Positions 11,941 through 24,755 of a stretch of DNA of 64,000 nucleotides are shown piece after piece; within the stretch, counting starts at the first letter, position 1, and the number at the start of each line of letters is the position of its first letter. A model generated the notes under the pieces. It was not told the DNA's origin, did no database searches, and saw nothing but the letters and a program-made list of their open reading frames with translations. Origin of the DNA: Sphyrna mokarran (Eukaryota); assembly GCA_024679065.1 (NCBI GenBank), contig JAGIQG010000019.1, forward strand, positions 14,570,001-14,634,000, written 5' to 3'. The position numbers and the translations under genes were made by a program.

Positions 11941-12499
11941 CATAAAATATTAAAGTTTACCACTCTCTGGCTGGGAAAAGAAATGAGATACGAGTGGAGT
12001 CTTTTAAATAATAAATACTTCATACTTCTACGAACCAACATTAGATGCAATATTTCATGTTTTTGTCATAAGGTTCGACTTGTTAATGGTCAGACGAATA
12101 GTGCTTCAGGCAGCAAGGAAAAGGCACACGTTTTTCCATCAGTTCCGTCATTATATTTTAGTCTGAGAACAATAGTGTGTTCCATTTAAAGGAAAACTCT
12201 CAATAAAACCAGTTGTACTAAAGCAAGATAAGAATTCATTGCTGCAAATGTTCCAATCACCCATAACAAAGACAAGGACTAGAAAAGGTAATGTTCATTT
12301 TGCTTTTTTTTACAAGGTGGTATTTACTAAATGGCTGCTTCTTCACTCTGTCAGTTTGCTGTGTGCCAGTGACATCACTTCTAGTGAATATATGAATATA
12401 CTAATACATAGAGCTTAGTGTTGCTATCAATCAATATGAATACACATATATCAATCATGTCACTCCCTCCAGTGGAAAATCCTCATCTTATTCCTCCCC

Positions 12500-13550
12500 A
12501 GATTCTTCTTCTGGCCCATTACTGTAGTCATCCTCCATGGTCTGTGGAGCTTCAGTCTCTGGTGGGATTTTCCCCTTGCCAGAGCCAGAATGTACAGAAT
12601 GCTGCAACCACACTCTGGAGGACACTGCAATGCTCCTTATGATTGGTCCAGACATCTGAAGTGTATCTTCAGCAACCCAATGGTCCTTTCCACATCACAC
12701 AGATCCCCCACGACCCAAGAGCTGAGGTTCAGAGTCACTGTGACCTTCAATGCCACTGGCATGGTGTGTACACCAATGAGTTCAGTCGGGGGCAATTGCA
12801 TATCTGGCATATTGCTGTCACTGTGTCCTTAGAGATTTGGAGCCTCCTTCAGCACTGGAGATCAGACATTTGGAAGTCACTGGAGTGCTGCCTATATGCT
12901 GGATAAAGGCATCATCGGCAGACCTTCCCACTTGGACCTCCTGCACAAACTGAGCCTGTATCTTATTTCCCAAAGATATCTCCCCAAAAGGCTGCCAACA
13001 CTCACCTGGTCTCCTCTCCCTTTTGCCCCTCCTTCCTCAGAGGATGTTCCACCAGCTGAGTAACTATCCCCAGTGATTGAGACGCAGAAAAACCTGTGAC
13101 TTGTAACTGAAGGTACACTGAGCTGCAATCCTCAGACAAAGCCTCCAGAGAAGATGAAGCCCTCAGAAATACTAAGCAGGTTTACAGAGCTAGAGAAATC
13201 AGAAGGAAGTCTGGCAGAACTCTGAACTCAGACTGCAACAAACTCGCAAATTAACTGAAAGCACTTCTACTTTGGGTCCTTTTATCCTACCCTTGTTTGA
13301 TAGTTTGCTAAAAACATGCTACCCACCTGCCTGTTTTGCCATGGGATGAGTGAAAAATTGCAGGAGCAATGTTAACCTCATAGTCAATAGGCTTTCCAAT
13401 AATCTTAACTGGCCCTTTAATAGTAGGGAGGCATTGCTATGAGTCCTACATGCACCTGATGTCATGGCACACGTACGCAATCCATCGGGATGCCTCTCCG
13501 ATATGCAATTGGGTTGAGTGTACCCGATCTCAGGGCATAAAGGTCATGCC
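12500..13550 (-). mobile_element. PIF/Harbinger transposon remnant, internally deleted
   Basis: Minus-strand translation YRQHSS..MSDLQC*RRL, MPVALKVTVTLN, VERTIGLLKIHFRCLDQS*GALQ resembles HARBI1-type DDE transposase. Confidence 0.75.
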
Positions 13551-13554
13551 CAAG

Positions 13555-14520
13555 AGTCTGCAAAGGGGCATAGATAGGTTAAGTGAGTGGACAGAAATTT
13601 TAAGATGGTGTTTGATATGAAACTTGTCAATGTTGATAGGAAGAATCGAATAACAGCATTTTATTTAAGTAGATTGTAAAACTTTCTGGTGTGGGGCAAG
13701 GTGAGTGGCCTGGTACATAAACCAGGAAACCGAGATTGCAGCTATAGTGCTCCCCAATCAATGACTCACATCATTGAAAGACTGACCCCTGACAACATTC
13801 AGAGGCAGGTTCAGAGGACAGAAGCTATTGCCAAGCTTGGTGATTACTGCATGTTAATGCACAAGTCTAAAGGTAAGTAAATGTAATCCTGGTGTTTATT
13901 GTAAGGGGAATGGAATATACAAGTAGGAATATTTTGCTACCGTTGGACTGGGTGTTGGAGAGACTACATCGGGAATACTGTGTACAGCTTTTGTCTCCTT
14001 ATTTAAGAAAGGATGTAAATGTCTCAGGAACAGTCCAAAGAAGGTTCTCTTGATTGATACCTGGAATAGGGAGTTTTCTTATGAAGAATAATTGGACACG
14101 TTGGATTGTAATCATCGGAACTTGGAAGGTCAAGAAGTGATCTCATTGAAACATAAAAGACCCTGATGGAACTTAACAGGGTGATTGCTGAAAGGATGTT
14201 TTCTCTTTGTGAGAAGATCCTCCAATCTCTCCCATAAGGGAAAACATCCTTTCAGCGTATTTAAATATAAAGGCTTTCCATTTAAAATGAAAATGTGAAG
14301 ACATTTTTTTCCTCCCAAAGGGTCATGAATCTTTAGGCTTCTCTTGCCAGAGAGTTCTGAAGACAGAGTCAGTGAATATTTCTAAGGCAGAGGCTGATTG
14401 ATTCTTGATCCCCAAGGAAGTCAGAGGTTACTGGGAGTAGGTGGAATATCAAGTTGTGGCTACAATCAGATGATTTTATTGAATGGCAGAACAGGCTCAA
14501 GGAGCCGAATGGCCTGATTT
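13555..14520 (+). mobile_element. Old CR1 LINE 3' fragment
   Basis: Decayed RT C-terminal sequence (gactacatcgggaatactgtgtacag) and CR1 tail gaatggcagaacaggctcaaggagccgaatggcct. Confidence 0.75.
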
Positions 14521-15204
14521 TAATCTGTATGTTCATATGTGTTGTGTTTTTGGAGAAGGAGTTCCAGGATTTTGATTCAGTCACAGCAAAGGAATGGTAA
14601 TATATTTCCAAATCAAGTTGGTGTCTGACTTGGAGGGGAACTTGCAGGTGATAATGTTCCTATTGTCTTTGCTGCCCTTGAGAGATGTATTTTCAATTTC
14701 AGTGTCACTTGAACCTTGAAGAATAATGCCTGCTTTTATAACTGTTATGATACTGGAAAAAGGTTTGAGTTAGTCTGCCCCCAGATTATTCTCCCTGCTC
14801 CCTGTAAATTTTATAATCTGCTTTCCTTCATTGTTTTCCTTTTAATTTTCCTATTAATCTATCTTGGGACCTTTCCTTTTGGGTATTTATTCATCAGACA
14901 TTTTAGCACAGATTTATAATTACTCCATTTCTTCTAAACAGAGAGCCCAAACTTTTCCGAGCTGGTAATATCTTTGAGACTATACTCCAGTTCTTAAAAT
15001 TCAGTCTGGGCATAAATTACTTTTACAGAGCTCTGTAATACATGATTCCAGAACAATCCTATACAACGTGCACACATTTAAATTTGACTTTATTCCTTAT
15101 ATTGAAGAGATTGAAGTTGTCCATGATCATAATATTGTTTGATAAGTTGTCAGTTCGTATTGTATTCCACAAAACAATAAGTGTAAATGTCTCAAAGTGT
15201 CAGG

Positions 15205-15440
15205 AACTCGGATTCGTTTCCTGACTTGGGTCACCGTCTGCATGGAGTCTGCATGTTTTTCTCATGTCTGCGTGCATTTCCTCTGAGTTCTTCTGTTTCC
15301 TCCCACATTCTGAAAGATGTGCTGGTTAGTGTGTTGGCCCAAACAGGGGCCGGACTCTGGCAACTGGGGGAATTACATGGTAACTTCATTGTAGTGTTAA
15401 TGTTAGCCTTATCTGTGACTAATAAATAAAGTTTAACTTT
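15205..15440 (+). mobile_element. HE1-like SINE with alternative (type B) tail
   Basis: V-core then gtaacttcattgtagtgttaatgttagcc...tgtgactaataaataaa. Confidence 0.8.
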
Positions 15441-17299
15441 GTACCACACTGTGTAATGTGTGCAATATTTTTTGTGCCAATTTTTATCTGAATGTGGTTG
15501 ATTTAACTGACTTAATGGTGAAAAGGTTTTAATACTTAAGGAATCAGAAAATCTGAGGCAATTTTCAATAATGCAGAGTGAAAAATATGATTGTCAATTT
15601 AGTGCAAATTTTCCAAAATATGAACCTTCATCCTTAGATTCTCCTTATTTATTAATTTAAATATCCCAAGGGACTGCTATCCCACTTGCAGGTCTATAGG
15701 CAGTATTAGTCATTTTTATGATTAACAGTACAAATAATAAATTCCTTAGAAATCTTGAACATTTCAGTCCAGACATGCTTAAGTTTTTTTCCATCAAAGC
15801 TGACATGAAATTCATCCAACCATGGCGTGCAGTCCCTCTGAATTCTTGTTGACATGAACTAAAGGCATGATGGCAACCACAGTTTTATCATCAGCATCAA
15901 TAACTTGTAGTTCCCTCATGTATTTAACACAGTAAAATGTCCTAAGGTGCTGCACAGAGTTATTACGAGATAAAATGTGACACTACATCACATTAGGGCA
16001 GGTGGCAAACCCTTGGTCAAGGTTTAGAGGAGCATCTTAAAGGACTAAACTGAGTTTTAGGGAGGGTAGTCCAGAGCTAAGGTTCCAGAAAGATGCGGCC
16101 ACCAAGACTTGAGCAACTAAACATCAGGGTGAATATGAGGAGTGAATTGGAGGAGTGCAGGTACCTCAGAGCATGGTAGGATGGAGTGGATTGCAGTAAT
16201 GGGGGAAAAAGAGAGGCCATGGGAGGAATTAAAAAAACATGGACACGAATTTTAAAATCAAGATGGTGTTTAACTGGGAACTAACGTAGGTCAGTGTGTA
16301 GAGGAGTGATAGGTGAGCAGGAAGTGATGCTGGTTAGGATACAGAGTTTTGGATGACATCAAGATTACAAAGGGTAGGTGTAAAGTTGCATTTTCACAGA
16401 CTTCATTAGAGAATGCAAAAATAGTATGTATTAATACAGCTGTATAAACAGCCTCACAGCTGTAGCTAGCTCCCAAAATTTCTTTGCCAAGAAGCATCTC
16501 TCTCTATGGGGTGATTCTACATCCAGATTCCCCAGGGCAGGTGACCCTTACTCTGCTGTGTTGCCCTTAAAGGGACAATCACCGCAGTGGGGTATGAGAG
16601 GCCAGCCAGAAATGGATTTGAATAGTGGATTCAAAGGTACTATAGGAACAGATGAGTGTTTCAGCTGCTGATAAACTGAAGCAGAACAGAATTGGGTGAT
16701 GCTATAAAGGTTAAAATGCTTGGCTTTGGTGATGGCATGGATATTTATTAGCTGAATGTAATATCTCATCTGATGTCATCTTTTTCAGTCCCTTTCCACT
16801 GAAGTGAATTTATGTTATTGCCCTGGAAAATGTGGAAAAGCTAATGTCCTTTTCTCAATTGCAAAGCCACTGTGCTTGGAATAATTTTGAATTAAACTTT
16901 AAAGTAAGGTAAAAATCATGTACCTTTGCATAATGCTCTTAATGAAAATGGCTTTGGCTGTCAAATGTAATATACTTGATCTACAGAAGTGCTCTCTCTT
17001 TGTGAATACAATATTTGGCCGGAACTTCTGGCACAGGTTCTGATATCTACTCTTTCTTTGCTGCCAACTGTGTTCAGAACATCTTTCAATTAATGTTAGA
17101 AGTTTGAAAGGTAATATAATCTTTAAAAATTAAACTTGCCCTTATAGGTAACATGCAACCTTAAAATAGTATTGATATTTTAAAAATTAATTTAATCTCA
17201 GCTTCTTAGGTAATGTTAGACACAGTCAAGAATGTTGAATGCCATTGGAAAGGACCCTAATGTTAATTTGTATGCAGTGCATTGCCATTGACAGGATCT

Positions 17300-18505
17300 G
17301 TAGCTCAGAATTGTAAGTGAATGAGAAGCTACTATGTAACAACAGAAATCAGACACAAAACTGGAGGCAACTTTGTAAGTGGTGTAAATAGAAGCATAGT
17401 ATTATGGAGGGAGATTAATAAAAGAATTGGATGGTTAAATTTGTGGCAAAGGATTTCAATATAAGCAATTGTGAGATTGTCCACTTATGACCAAAAAAGG
17501 ATAAAGTTTGGGTGGTTTTTAAATGATGAAGAGATAAAAAGAATGGATGTTCAAAGAGTTAAAATATCATGAACAGGGACAAAAAATACCAAAAAACAAA
17601 AGGCTACTGGATAGTAGGCCTTTAGATCTGGAGGACTAGAATGGAGAATCAGGTAGTTTTAACCCAGGGGAGGCAGTGGGGTAGTGACATTGTCAGAGAA
17701 CTAGTTTTGCAAAGATTCAAGTGTATGCTCTGGGGACACGGGATGAAATTCCACAAGTCCAATGGTGTAATTCGAATTGAAATAGAATCTAGAATGAAAA
17801 GTCTAATGACAATCATGAATGATGACAATCAATTGTCATCAAAACACATCTGGTTCACTCATGTTGTTTAGGGAAGGACATCTAAATATGATTCCAGATC
17901 CACAGAAATGTAGTTGACTCTTAAATGACCTCTTGAGGGCAATTAGGGATGGGCAATAAATGCTGGCTCAGCTAGGGATGTTGACGTTCACATCTCATGA
18001 AAGAATAAAGAAAAATGATAGACCTGGTTAGACCACACTGGTGAATAATTCTAGATGCCACATCTTAGGAAAGATATATTGACCAAGAGGGAGTGTGGCA
18101 TAGATTTACCCAAGCGATACCTGGATAACAAGTGCTAATTATGAGGAAATAAATATCAAGAATCACAGTAGTATTCTCTGGAAGGGGTGATCTAATCAAA
18201 GTTTCCAAAACATGTAGGGTACCAGGTACAGTCGGTAAGAGAAACTATTTCTGCTAGTTGGGAAATCCAGGTCCAGGGGTACAGTTCACAAGCTATGAAA
18301 ATGAGATTTCAGGAGAAAACTTTGGAAACGCTCCTACACATAAAGAGTGTTAAATATTTAGAATTATAGATGATGGATGAATGATTAGTTTTTGTGTGTG
18401 AGCCAAAGGCTAGGATGTGGAGATAGGTCACAGATCAGTTAGGATTTCACTGAATGGCAGAACAGACCTGATTGGCCTCACAGCCTGTTTCTGCTCCCTT
18501 GTTCC
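17300..18505 (+). mobile_element. Old CR1 fragment interrupted by type-C SINE (~17665-18010)
   Basis: Decayed CR1 RT end (ctggttagaccacactgg) and tail gaatggcagaacagac; SINE tail gggcaattagggatgggcaataaatgctggc. Confidence 0.65.
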
Positions 18506-18759
18506 CTAAATGAGATGAAAGCTGGTGTTTTGGCAAAGCAGTCTGTTAAAGCAGTCCACATTTGAGTAGAGTATGCTTGCTTGGCTCTGACAAATGTTGC
18601 AAATTCAGACAGCACGAAAGGTGTGCAGGAGTTAAATCTGCCAGAAGAGCGTTGACATTTGGCATCACACTATGATATTTAGCAGTTTACTAGGCAGAGG
18701 AGAAACTGTCTCTTTGCGATCACAGGCACAACATTCATCATCATATTATAAAATGAATT

Positions 18760-19155
18760 CTGATAGTATAGAAGAAGGCCACTCAACCCATCAAACCTGC
18801 ACTGACAACAATCCCACCCAGGCCTTATCCCCAATACTCCATGCATTTACCCTGCCAGTACCCCAACTTATTTATTCATTATTAGTCACAAGTGAACTTA
18901 CATTAACACTGCAATGATGTTACTCAGAGCGTATCACACTCTAGCTACAGTGAGGGAGAATGTAGCATGGTCAATGCACCTAACCAGCACATTTTCCGGA
19001 CTGTGGGAGGAAACCAGAACATGCAAAGGAAATCTGTGTGGACACAGAGAGAACATGAAGATTATGCACAAACAGAGACCCAAGCCAAGAATTGAACCCA
19101 GTCTCTGTTGCAGTGAGGCAGCAACAATGACCACTGTATCACTGTACCACCCCTA
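18760..19155 (-). mobile_element. HE1-like SINEs (composite of B-tail copy and CR1-tail remnant)
   Basis: Head at ~19150 on minus, B tail at ~18870-18920, CR1-type tail at ~18760-18860. Confidence 0.75.
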
Positions 19156-19922
19156 AGCGTGTCAGATGTATTATTCATCTGCAATTTTGAAATATTTTTT
19201 CTTCATTCTTGTAGAATTGTTCTTTTTCAATTTTTAAAGGCATTTGTTTTTCACTATTAATAGAATATATGCTTTTCAAACACTTGCTCGTGGAACATCA
19301 TTCTTGTGTTTACCTTTTGAATCAATTGGCATGAACATTGTGGGTTTTTTTCTTCTTTCATTTCATTTGCTTTGAGTCATCTTTGAATTGTAACTTGTTG
19401 GCTGGGTCCCTGCATTCTAACCCATGATCAATTGAAGAACACTTGCCAACATTACATCAATTGAAATTTTCAACAAGTGTGTGCATTACCACTCTAGCAT
19501 TTTGCCAGACAGGTGTTGCACACTCATTAATACATCCTGTAAACCGCTATCCCATTTCAAAGGTGGATGTAATGTCACTTTTAATTACAAGTAAATGAGA
19601 TACTTTAGAATTTCAGAACAGGTGTTAACATAGTGGTACAGCTTCCTCACGGTTACCTATTAAGCTCCATCTTTATCTTGCAAGTTGATAATTAATGATT
19701 TTCTCAATGCTCAATCATCAAGGAATCTACTCACATAATAAACACTAATTATTTTAAAAAGCCTGCCACTTAATGCTTATGGAACCATTTTTGTGACACA
19801 TCCTGACTTCAAAACAATACTTAGACAACAGGCATCCATTGTGTAATGAAGTAATAATTACAATTTGCAATCTAGTCTTGCATGTCTGCTATATGTTTCT
19901 TCACTATTTCTTACATTCATAA

Positions 19923-20225
19923 GGGGCAGCACAGTGATCACGACTGCTGCCTCACAGCCAGAGATCTGGGTTCGATTCCAGCTTGGGTCACTGTCTGTGT
20001 GGAGTCTGCACGTTCTCGATGTGTCTGTGTGGTTTCCTCTGGGTGCTCCGGGTTTCCTACCACAGTCCAAAAGATGCGCTGATTAGGTGTCTTGGCTATG
20101 CTGAATTCTCCCTCAGTGTACCTGAACAGGCACCAGTATGTGGTCACTTGAGAACTTTCACAGTAACTTCATTACAGTGTTAATGTAAGCCTACTTGTAA
20201 CACTAATAAGTAAACTTAAAAAAAA
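19923..20225 (+). mobile_element. HE1-like SINE, B tail
   Basis: ggggcagcacagtg head, V-core, tttcacagtaacttcattacagtgttaatgtaagcctacttgt tail. Confidence 0.85.
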
Positions 20226-20689
20226 CTTTTATACAGTGCATTTATACAGATTCATGCACATATAATGCAAAGGAATAAACTAGCTAAGGTTAATGTTCCA
20301 AATTTCTTGGGTTCCAAATGCAAAGATAATGTACAGTGCGACCAGTAGACGGAATTAGGGTTGATCAGAGGTAAATTAGAGATACAATGAGTTGCTGGGG
20401 GAAGGACAAGGAGTTCATACAAACTATACTGGATGCCATCAGTCTAGCCATCTCAGATCTGTCAAGATTTCATTGAATGGTTGAACAGACTAGATGGGCT
20501 GAATGGCTGACTTCTGCTCCCACATCTTATGACCAGGTGAATGTCCTACTATTTTATTCATAACTTTAAAGCCAGTTTCAAATATCAGCTTTTATTTTGG
20601 TGTTTATTTTTACTATTAACAAGAAAATCAAAGGGATAAATTCAATCCCTCCAAAAAATAGGTAAAATTTGTTTTCACTTTGTACACTG

Positions 20690-20915
20690 TAGGAATGGTT
20701 AGCATTACTGCCTCACAATGCCAGGGACATAGGTTCAAATCCTGGCTTGGGTCATTGTCTCTCTGAGTTTGGACTTCCTTCCTGTGTCCGTGTGGATTTC
20801 CTCCAGGTACTCTGGTTTTCTCCCACAGTCTGAAAGACGTGCTGGTTAGGTACATTGTCCATGCTAAATACTGCAGTGTTATTGTAAGCCTACTTGTGAC
20901 ACTATTAAATTTTAA
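20690..20915 (+). mobile_element. HE1-like SINE, B tail
   Basis: tggttagcattactgcctcac head; gtaagcctacttgtgacac tail. Confidence 0.8.
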
Positions 20916-21334
20916 AAAATGATAAATCTTAAGGAGACAACCAACCCACCATTAAGATATGAAATGACAGCTTACATTTAATGACATATTCTGCAATAGT
21001 TCCGACAGTAATCTGCTTCCCTGATTACAAAGCAATGTTCAGCTACTTCACAGAATCACAGAATTGTCATGGAGCAGATGTAGGCCATTCAGCCCATTGT
21101 ATCTGCACTGGCTCTCTAAATGAGCATTGTGGCTTTTTGCCTGTATCCTTGCACTTTATTTCACGTTTATTTTCATAATCATTTAATGCTTCTTTGAATG
21201 GCTTGATTGAATCTACTTTAGCAATAAGATACATTTATAATATTTGTGGGTGGATAATGCACTGCAAAGAGGTTTCGTGCGAAATGTACACTTAAAGTGA
21301 CACATCAGCATTATGACAAAAGCACAAAAATCAA

Positions 21335-21730
21335 AGTGTCAGTGCTAACTCTGTGATTGCCCTCGCACCTCTGCATCAGAAAACTGGGGGCTGATGTCCA
21401 CTCCAGAGAGCTGAACACGTAATTCATCCTGAGGTTCCAGTGCTGAGGGAATGCCACCATTCTGATGTGACGTGAAACCCAAGTCTTCTTTGCCTTAGAT
21501 GGACAGAAAGGATCCCCCATGGCACTATTTGAAGAATAGTCAAGGAATTCTCAGCTCTCACTATCTATCCAATATTTATAATTTGACCAGCATCATTGAA
21601 ATAGGTCGCCTGACTGATATTTTATAGCTATTTGTGGGAGCTTGCTGCATCCAAATTAACTGCTGCATTTCTATATGACAACAAGGTACTCAACTGGTTG
21701 TAAGGTGCTTTTGAACTTCCCGAAGATATG
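21335..21730 (+). mobile_element. Deu-domain SINE (SacSINE1-like), old
   Basis: gatcccccatggcactatttgaagaa...tttgtgggagcttgctg Deu-like core; similar copies at ~27250-27660 (+) and ~46490-46800 (-). Confidence 0.6.
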
Positions 21731-21865
21731 CATGATGAACTTTAAAAGCAAAGTGTGTTTAATTATCAGCCTCTTGATGCCCAAAAATATTTCACGCCAA
21801 AATGCGGTCATGGCGCAGTCAGACGTTCTATTAGTAAACACAAAAAGGGAGTTATTAATAATGAT

Positions 21866-22155
21866 TGGCACAGTGGTTAGCACTGCTGCCTCACAGTGTC
21901 AGGGACCCAGGTTCAACTCCAGCCTCGGGTGACTCTGTGGAGTTTGCATGTTCTTCCCGTATCTGTGTGGGTTTCCTCGTACACTCTAAAGGATGTGCAG
22001 GTTAGGTTGATTGGCCATACTAAGTTGCCCCTTAGTGTCAGATGGATTAGCAGGGTAAATACATGAGTGGAGATGTGGGGATAGAGATAGAGAGTGTTGT
22101 CAATGCAGGTTCGATGGGCAGAATGGCCTCCTTCTGCGCTGTAGGATTCTGTAGT
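21866..22155 (+). mobile_element. HE1-like SINE (CR1 tail)
   Basis: ggcacagtggttagcactgctgcctcacag...gatgggcagaatggcctccttctgcgctgtaggattct. Confidence 0.9.
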
Positions 22156-22779
22156 TCTAGTATTGTTCAGCAGCGTCATGGCTGCAGCTAGCTTCCTACA
22201 TGGCCCTTTTGCTAAGAGAGCTCCTAAAGTGTCTCTTTCCTATCAGGGCTCCACTCCCCTGGGATGATTCCCTATTCTGAGACCCAATTGATTCCCCAGG
22301 CCCGGTGACATTGAATCTCCTGTAAAGGGGCAATCACCGCATCCCTCCTTCTTTAACTCCTTTATACAATCTTCAATGAAGATTCATTCAGTCCTAAATA
22401 TTAAATAAACATTACATGCATGAGTTGGACAATTATAAATCAGGTTTTTGAGGCATTTTTCTGTTTCTTATAGAGTGACATAATTCTGTAGTCTGAAAAG
22501 CTTCCACAGGATTGACATTAACTGGAGCTGAGTTAGTGTGTATTGCTTCTGGCATAGGCAGTTACTGTTTGCTTTCACAGAGACATCAGTGCTGCCTATT
22601 ACAGTTATTTTGATGCTTATAGGTCTGAAAAACATTTCCTGATGGCAACACTGACTGCTGAAGTGTCTCTCTATTCCTCAAGTGCTCCACAAGTTTATGA
22701 ATGACCCAATTCCCCAGACCTACTGATTCAAGAGGGAACCAATCTTAGAGTCAATAATTCTGGGGATTTAACTTGATTG

Positions 22780-24420
22780 CGAGAGAGGAATGTATTGAGC
22801 TGCAAGTCTTGTTGCTGTGGGAAGGGCTGCGTAGGAGTGCAGGGGAGCTCACAGTGTGAGGTTACCACTTGAATCCACTCTCACCTTTCCACCTGCTACA
22901 CTAGCCCCGTGCCACCCAGTCACCATCTCAACCACCTACCACTCCACCCACCTCACCTTGCCACATTACTTTGTATTTGATTCTCTTGTGGAACATAGGT
23001 GTCACTGGCTGGCTCGCATTTATTGCCCATTCTTTGTTAAAAGTCAATCACATCACTGTGGATCTGGAGTCACATGTAAGCCAAATGAGGTAAAGACATC
23101 AGATTTTCTTTCATGTTTCCAAGTTTCATATTAGATACTTGAAATGTTTTTTTATTGTTCCAATAATGGCTCATTGGTAAGATACTGAGGCTTGTGTATT
23201 TAAACATAAGCACTTTTATCGGGAGGCATTAACCATGTGCAGTTCCAAATATGGTTTAACACGGAGCTATTCCATGCAAACTTGCTGCTTTCCAAGTTTT
23301 ATCCTAGACTGTTCTCTGATCATGTAACTACATGCACCTCACTGAGCAGTGCCAATTTCCAGTCCCACATCGACCTGCCAAACACCTGACAATATAATGT
23401 ATGCAATGGGGTAGACATCAGCAGTGAGATCTGAGACATCATGGTAATCATGCGAGTGAGAGACTTCCACCTCTCTCAACAAAGATACACAATTCCTCTG
23501 TTAATGCTGACAAAACTTCACACATTTCTGGTTCTGCTGTGGACTAGCCCGAAGCAACATTTGCATGCAATTGAACAGAGTGTTGTGTCCTGTGCCCCTT
23601 GGCAGGGAGTCTGTCTCCATCTGCAACACCTACTCCTGCTCACTTATGATATCTGGCTTGCCATGTGACATTGTAGCTAACTGCCTTTGAGGCCACGTTG
23701 TGGTGTGTATACCTGAAGTGATAGAGACACACGCACCTTGTGTGATAGCATCTCCTCAGGACAACCTCTCCTGCACCAACTCTACATCACATCTGAAAGA
23801 TGAAAGTCATCATTGATAGCTGACATGGGGAAAGAATCTTTACGCAGAATATCATATTGCAAATACTGGTGACATTCGTTTGACATGATTGCTTTCAGTC
23901 CTATAGCAGATTGCTGTTTAATTCTGTTACCAACTATTCCAGTGGTCACGCCATCTCCACTCTGCCGATCTCCACGTCCTCCTCCCCCTCTGCAGTATTC
24001 AGGTTGGCAATGAGTGGAGGGCTGATCCTAGTTGTCTGGGAATGCTGCACTCTCTTCTACAGAGAGAGAAAACAGAGGGTTAGAAGTGTGAAAGATTGAT
24101 TGTGTGGAAAGGAGGGAAGACAATACCTGCAGAAGGTGCTGGTGAATGGGTAGGAAATGGCAGTAAGATGAAGATGTGCATCTGTGTTGACTATTCATAT
24201 GGAGATCAGAAGGTATTGCAAATGAGGAATGGGTTGAGCAGTAAGCCTTGTTGGTGTGGGAAGGGCTCTGTAGGAGAATGTAGGGGAACTCAAAGTGTGA
24301 GGTTACCACTTGAATCTCCTCTCACCTTTCCCCGCTACACTAGCCCTCGCCCAGTTACTACCTCACATCCTACCCATTTTACCCACCTGTCACTCCACTA
24401 GGCTCACACACATCAAGTTA
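22780..24420. mobile_element. Probable decayed Harbinger element
   Basis: CNYMHLTEQC-like transposase start at ~23320 (+); minus-strand spliced segment KRVQH...EGEEDVEIG at ~23950-24060 resembling the Myb/SANT partner ORF. Confidence 0.45.
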
Positions 24421-24429
24421 TCTTTTTTC

Positions 24430-24755
24430 TTTTTCATTCATGGGACATGGGTGTCACTGGCTGACCAGCATTCTTCGCCTATCCTAGTCATCCTTGTTCT
24501 GAGTCAACCACATTGCTGTGGCTCTGTAGGTCCGACAAATTAAGGATAGCAGATTTCCTTCCCTAAAGGGCATTAGTGAACCAAATCTTCTATTCCAACA
24601 ATGTTCAATGATTTCATGGTCATCATTAGATTCTTACTTCCAAACTTTTTTCATCGAATTCAAATCCCACCATCAGCCATGGTGGGATTCGAACCTGAAT
24701 ATTAGCTGAATTTCTGGATTAATCCAGTGATAATACCACTAAGCCATTGCCTTCC
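24430..24755 (-). mobile_element. Type-C tRNA-derived SINE
   Basis: Same head and tail as 3790-4200. Confidence 0.75.

Noticed and set aside
11940-12500. Env TM domain, PPT and 3' LTR of the ERV
   Set aside because: Sequence after ~11940 is AT-rich and unrelated; no close copy of the 5' LTR anywhere in the window
12360-13140. Gypsy integrase end plus PPT on minus strand
   Set aside because: Translation fits Harbinger transposase motifs better
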